Source: Octopus sinensis | Lineage: Eukaryota | Assembly: GCF_006345805.1 (NCBI RefSeq) | Contig: NW_021826863.1 | Location: forward strand, 1 to 11,948 | Length of the DNA stretch: 11,948 nt | Direction: 5' to 3' | Shown here: one piece after another, positions 8,591 to 11,948 of the stretch | How positions within the stretch are numbered: the stretch's first letter is position 1 | Layout of the letters: each line of letters starts with the position of its first letter | The notes under the pieces: model-generated | Databases searched by the model: none | What the model saw: only the letters and a program-made list of their open reading frames with translations | What the model was told of the DNA's origin: nothing | Made by a program: the position numbers and the translations under genes

Positions 8591-8626
8591 TCTTTAACGT
8601 TTCGAGCCTACGCTCTCACAGAAAGA
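8591..8626 (-). ncRNA. Minimal type-I hammerhead ribozyme-like motif with variant core
   Basis: Minus strand UCUUU-CUGUGA-GAGC(GUAG)GCUC-GAAAC-GUU-AAAGA: 5-bp stem I, 4-bp stem II, palindromic AACGUU instead of helix III. Core is one nt short of CUGANGA. Confidence 0.65.
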
Positions 8627-8781
8627 TACACAGAGAGAAAAAAACACAGAAAGAAGGAGAGAAAAAATGCGTGCAGTAGCTAACGAATCAACATGGCGAT
8701 CTGATTTCGGCCAGAGGTCAAAGATCAAACATGAGACGCGAGAGCGAATAAGGGGAATATAGGGTTGAGGGACCAGCTAAT

Positions 8782-9104
8782 AGTGCGTAGGAGGGGTCTG
8801 GATGTGTGTATGTATAGGTTGGTGTATGTATTAGTATGTATAAGGGGTGTGTGTGTGTGTGTGTGTGTATGAGAGAGTTTAGTGCGTAGGATTGGTCTGG
8901 ACGTGCGTATGTATGGGTTGGTTATGTATTAGTATGTATAGTACGTATTAGTATGTATAAGTGTTGTGTGTGTGTGTGTATGAGAGAGTATAAGTGCGTA
9001 TGCGGGGTCTGACGTGTGTATGATAGGGTTGGTGTATGTATTAGTATGTACTAGTATGTATTAGTACGTATTAGTATGTATTAGTTGGTGTATGTATTAG
9101 TATG
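8782..9104. repeat. Composite minisatellite, about 3 units of 99-112 bp
   Basis: Units start with AGTGCGTA at 8782, 8881 and 8993. Each has GGTCTG..GGTTGGT..(TATTAGTATG)n; the first two end in (GT)n-ATGAGAGAG. Confidence 0.85.
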
Positions 9105-9145
9105 GCACATCATATGTGATGTGATGTGTAAAGTCATGTGGTGTA

Positions 9146-9450
9146 GTGAGGAGAAGAGGGGAGGGGGAAGGGGAGGGGAAGGGGAGGGAGAAGAGGGGGG
9201 AGGAGAGGGGGGAAGAGGAAGGATGGGGAGAAGGAAGGGAGTAGGTGGGGATGAAGGAGGAAAGAGGGAGAGGGGGAGGAGAGAGAGGGGAGAGGAGGGA
9301 GTGAGGGAGCAGAGGAAGGGGAAGAGGGAGGGAGAAAGAGGGAAGAAGGGAAGGGGAGTAGGGTGAAAGGATGAAGGACTGAAGAAGTAGGGGTCGGGGG
9401 GAAAGGATAGGTGAGGAGGGGAGAGGGGGTTAGATGAGGAGGGGGGGGGC
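9146..9450. repeat. ~300-bp polypurine (G/A) tract with many G-runs
   Basis: Almost only G and A on plus; accounts for the E/G/R-rich and P/L/S-rich ORFs. Confidence 0.92.
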
Positions 9451-10056
9451 AGAGTTGAGACCAAATGCCGGTATAAAATGGCCAGAAGAGAGAAGATTAA
9501 TTCCTGTTCACGTTCACGGCGCAAACGGGAATCCGGATGGCCTCTGTGTAAGGACAAACGAACACAGATAGGTGTTGCAAGAGTGACCGGTGGAGCGGAA
9601 ATGGCGTGAGACCGGTTGTGTCTTCGCAAGGTGGATGTCACGAAGGTGTTCCGTTCCGAACCGGTCAGCCAAGCGGCGTCCCGTTGTCCGATGTACAAGG
9701 AATTGCAGAGAGAGCAAGAGATGCAATAGATAATATTGCTGGAGGTGCGTTGTAGGAGTGGATGATGGGATAGGGTCGATGGTGGGTGCTAGTAAGGCGG
9801 GTGGTGTTGGAGAGGTAAGGGCAAGTGCGGCCAACGTGGGCGGGAGCAGGGGAACCGAGCCGGTTTTGGAGGTAGGGTCAGGGAGGAGCATGGACCAAAG
9901 GTCTCGAAGGTTGTGGGCTCGTTTGAAAGAGGGGAGGGGTCGTTGGGAAGAGGTGTGAAGTGACGGGTCGGACTGGAGATGACGGAAAGCTCGAAGAATG
10001 GTGCGTTTGGCGACGTAGGGTCGTGGGTGGTAAGTGAGGGGAAAAGGGAGGCGGGA
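9451..10056 (-). pseudogene. Frameshifted PLE ORF C-terminus: RT thumb, Zn-knuckle, GIY-YIG endonuclease
   Basis: Joined across frameshifts: RLPFPLTYHP..KRTILRAFRHLQSDP..FKRAHNLRDL..FPCSRPR..RTCPYLSNTT..SSNIIYCISCSLCNSLYIGQ (9684-9737)/TGRRLADRF..EHLRDI..PVSRHFRSTGHS..SLHRGHPDSRLRREREQELIFSL..P..GLNS. These are the characteristic PLE endonuclease motifs. Confidence 0.88.
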
Positions 10057-10085
10057 GATATATATATATATATTATGTATACATA

Positions 10086-10246
10086 CATACGACGAACTTC
10101 TTTCAGTTTCCGTCTACCAATCCACTCACAAGCTTTGGTGGGCCCGAAGCTATAGCGGAAAACCTTGCCCAAGCTGCCACGTAGTGGGACTGAACACGGG
10201 ACCATGGTGTTCGTAAGCAGACTTTCTTACCACACAGGCCACTCCT
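10086..10246 (-). mobile_element. Family B SINE head (more diverged copy)
   Basis: Reverse complement of 2103-2265; its TA tract (10057-10085) abuts the broken 5' end of the PLE relic. Confidence 0.85.
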
Positions 10247-10300
10247 ATATGTATGTATGTATGTATGGTATGTATGTATGTATGTATGTATGTATGTATG

Positions 10301-10855
10301 ATTAGTGTCAGATCTCTTTTGAGTGCTACTGGTAACATGTAACCCAGTACAAACCTGTTGCATGGTCGGGTCGGTCGGCGACAACAGCAACCCCACCAAG
10401 CTTGCTTGGTGAGGAGGGTGTTTTTGGGACACCCTGCGGGATTAAAAAACAAAAACCATCAAGGGCGGAGGAACTCTTGAGAGTCAACGTCCATCCAATA
10501 ATGTCTTAGGCTGTATCATGCGCGGGGACATAGAAATAATCGGACTGAATACCCATCGCGCAGTTAAACCATTGGGAGTGAAGGTCTCCTAGCCTTTGTT
10601 AGGGCATCCTTCAAGGAGAAGGTAACTCAGGTAACTGGGATAACTCTGATATAAAACCTGCGGCTCAGTGGTTACCGATGATGTTGACTTGTTCTTCTTT
10701 TCGGATTATGGCTGCTGCTGCTTAGTGAGTGGGATTGACTCAGTGCACAGCCTTTCCTCACTTTAAAAAATAAATCTTCTTGCACAGGCAATGCACGATA
10801 ACAACATTGATTAAGGTTCGTGCAATGGCCATACTCGATAACGAGGGGGCAGCCA
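10301..10855 (+). mobile_element. Putative non-autonomous, internally deleted RTE derivative between two (TATG)n tracts
   Basis: 3' 45 nt match the RTE 3' end at 5495-5539 (43/45, inverted). No zinc-finger coding sequence upstream. Body has hairpins and GGGCATCC..GGAGAAGGTAACTC..ATAAAACC, resembling RTE 5' UTRs from memory. (TATG)n at 10248-10300 and 10858-10898. Confidence 0.55.
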
Positions 10856-10899
10856 CCATGTATGTATGTATGTACGTATGTATGTATGTATGTATGTAT

Positions 10900-10981
10900 C
10901 TATTTTTTTACCGTATATACATATATAAATAGGTGTATATCTATATCTATATCTACACACACACACACATAGGTCTAACAC

Positions 10982-11012
<31 letters not shown>

Positions 11013-11240
11013 CACACACGTATATATAAATGCACACACACGCATCCCAATACACTATTATATATATACATACATGCGTGCAGACCACACATATAGATCT
11101 ATGTTATATATATTCACTATATATATATATACTCACAGTCCCTGTCTCTGTCTGTCTGTCTCTCTCTGTCTGTCTGTCTCTCTCTGTCCTCGTCTCTCTC
11201 TCTCTGTTCTCTCTCTCTCACACACACACACACACTCACA
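10900..11240. repeat. Mixed (TA)n/(CA)n/(CTGT)n/(CT)n tract
   Basis: Read directly. Confidence 0.9.
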
Positions 11241-11276
11241 GTGTACCGTCAGAATGGTAGACTATACAGATGTATG

Positions 11277-11850
11277 CTAAACTGTGTGATAAAATATTTC
11301 AGTCACCATGGCAATGAGGAACAGTGAATACATAACTGTACTACATGTTCTACAGCTGATGGCGGCGGCGGCGGTAGTGGTGGTGGCGGTAGTGGTGGTG
11401 GCGGTAGTGGTGGTGGCGGTAGTGGTGGTGGCGGTAGTGGTGGTGGCGGTAGTGGTGGTGGCGGTAGTGGTGGTGGCACTGGTGGTGGTGGTGGTGGCGG
11501 CGCTGGTGGTGGTGGCGGCGCAGGCGGTGGTGGCGGCGCGGGTGGTGGTGGAGCTGTTGGTGGTGGCGCTGGTGGTGGTGGTGGAGGCGGCGCTGGTGGT
11601 GGTGGCGGCGCTGGTGGTGGTGGCGGCGCGGGTGGTGGTGGAGCTGTTGGTGGTGGCGCTGGTGGTGGTGGCGCTGGTGGTTGTGATGCTGATGATAGTG
11701 TCGCGGATGAGTGATGTTAATGATGGTGGTGGTGTTGTTGATGATGATGATAATGATGATAATGAGGAGGAGGAGGAAGAGGATGTTGATGAAGATGGTG
11801 ATGATGGTGATGATAAGGGATATACATCGTTGGCACGCAAAGTGCAGTGA
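11277..11850 (-). CDS. Candidate terminal exon: Ser/Thr-rich mucin-like stalk with GPI-signal-like C-terminus
   Basis: The frame is open from the window edge to TAG at 11277-11279. It has two 30-aa repeats and 7 x TTTTA, then AAAAISCRTCSTVMYSLFLIAMVTEIFYHTV*. Possible acceptor TGTCTGTCAG at 11851. Could equally be non-coding or the opposite-strand reading. Confidence 0.3.
11356..11714 (+). CDS. Alternative candidate exon: Gly-rich (GGGGS)x7/GGGGA protein segment, not in the ORF track
   Basis: Acceptor-like TGTTCTACAG (AG 11354-11355), then DGGGGGSGGGGS..GGAGGCDADDSVADE* ending TGA at 11712-11714. The frame has no start codon, so the track omitted it. Confidence 0.22.
11361..11681. repeat. 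(GGT)-based hierarchical repeat: 7 x 15 bp plus 2 x 90 bp
   Basis: GCGGTAGTGGTGGTG seven times exactly (11371-11475), followed by two near-identical 90-bp units. Confidence 0.93.
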
Positions 11851-11941
11851 CTGACAGACAGACAGACAGTCCAACCAAAATACAGTGGGAGGCACCCAGC
11901 CAGCCAACCAGCCAGACAGGCAGGCAGACAGACAGACAGAC
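11851..11941. repeat. (GACA)n/(GCCA)n tetranucleotide tracts
   Basis: Read directly. Confidence 0.85.
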
Positions 11942-11948
11942 AAGCTGC

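Larger units (their letters stand above)
8492..10056 (-). mobile_element. 5'-truncated Penelope-like element (Neptune-like): ORF C-terminus, C/T-rich tract, minisatellite, terminal region with hammerhead-like motif
   Basis: GIY-YIG relic at 9451-10056 and a same-strand hammerhead-like motif at 8591-8626. That all of the intervening DNA belongs to one element is inferred. Confidence 0.6.

Noticed and set aside
8782-9104. CRISPR-like repeat-spacer pattern
   Set aside because: Units are degenerate tandem copies without unique spacers, there are no cas genes, and the context is eukaryotic.
9085-9958. Plus-strand G/E/R-rich ORFs (9085-9366, 9758-9958)
   Set aside because: Products of the polypurine tract or the antisense of the PLE relic.
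11308-11850. Plus-strand 180-aa ORF with a Kozak-like CACCATGG
   Set aside because: Mostly poly-Val/Ala from the GGT repeat, implausible as a protein; kept only as part of the frame-ambiguity finding.

Overview
This is eukaryotic non-coding DNA, AT-rich and crowded with microsatellites and retroelement relics. The repeat content (tRNA-derived SINEs with internal TA/TG tracts, huge AAT/GAT arrays) suggests a cephalopod, probably Octopus; this is inferred from recalled repeat patterns, not searched. Nearly all ORFs in the track are microsatellite artefacts. Protein-level relics visible by manual translation are: (1) a frameshifted Penelope-like element (PLE) C-terminus with Zn-knuckle and GIY-YIG endonuclease on the minus strand (9451-10056), whose 3' region holds a minimal type-I hammerhead-like fold (8591-8626); (2) an R4/Dong-type non-LTR fragment starting exactly at the end of a (TAA)n array (6470-6706); (3) an RTE-like LINE 3' end with two C2H2 fingers, flanked by (TATG)n (5495-5772). 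A ~555-bp element (10301-10855) shares that 3' end but lacks coding sequence. A second, partial hammerhead core lies at 314-346. The only host-gene candidate is a repeat-rich block at 11277-11850, which reads as a Thr-rich GPI-type tail on minus or a (GGGGS)n Gly-rich exon on plus. No host gene can be named.
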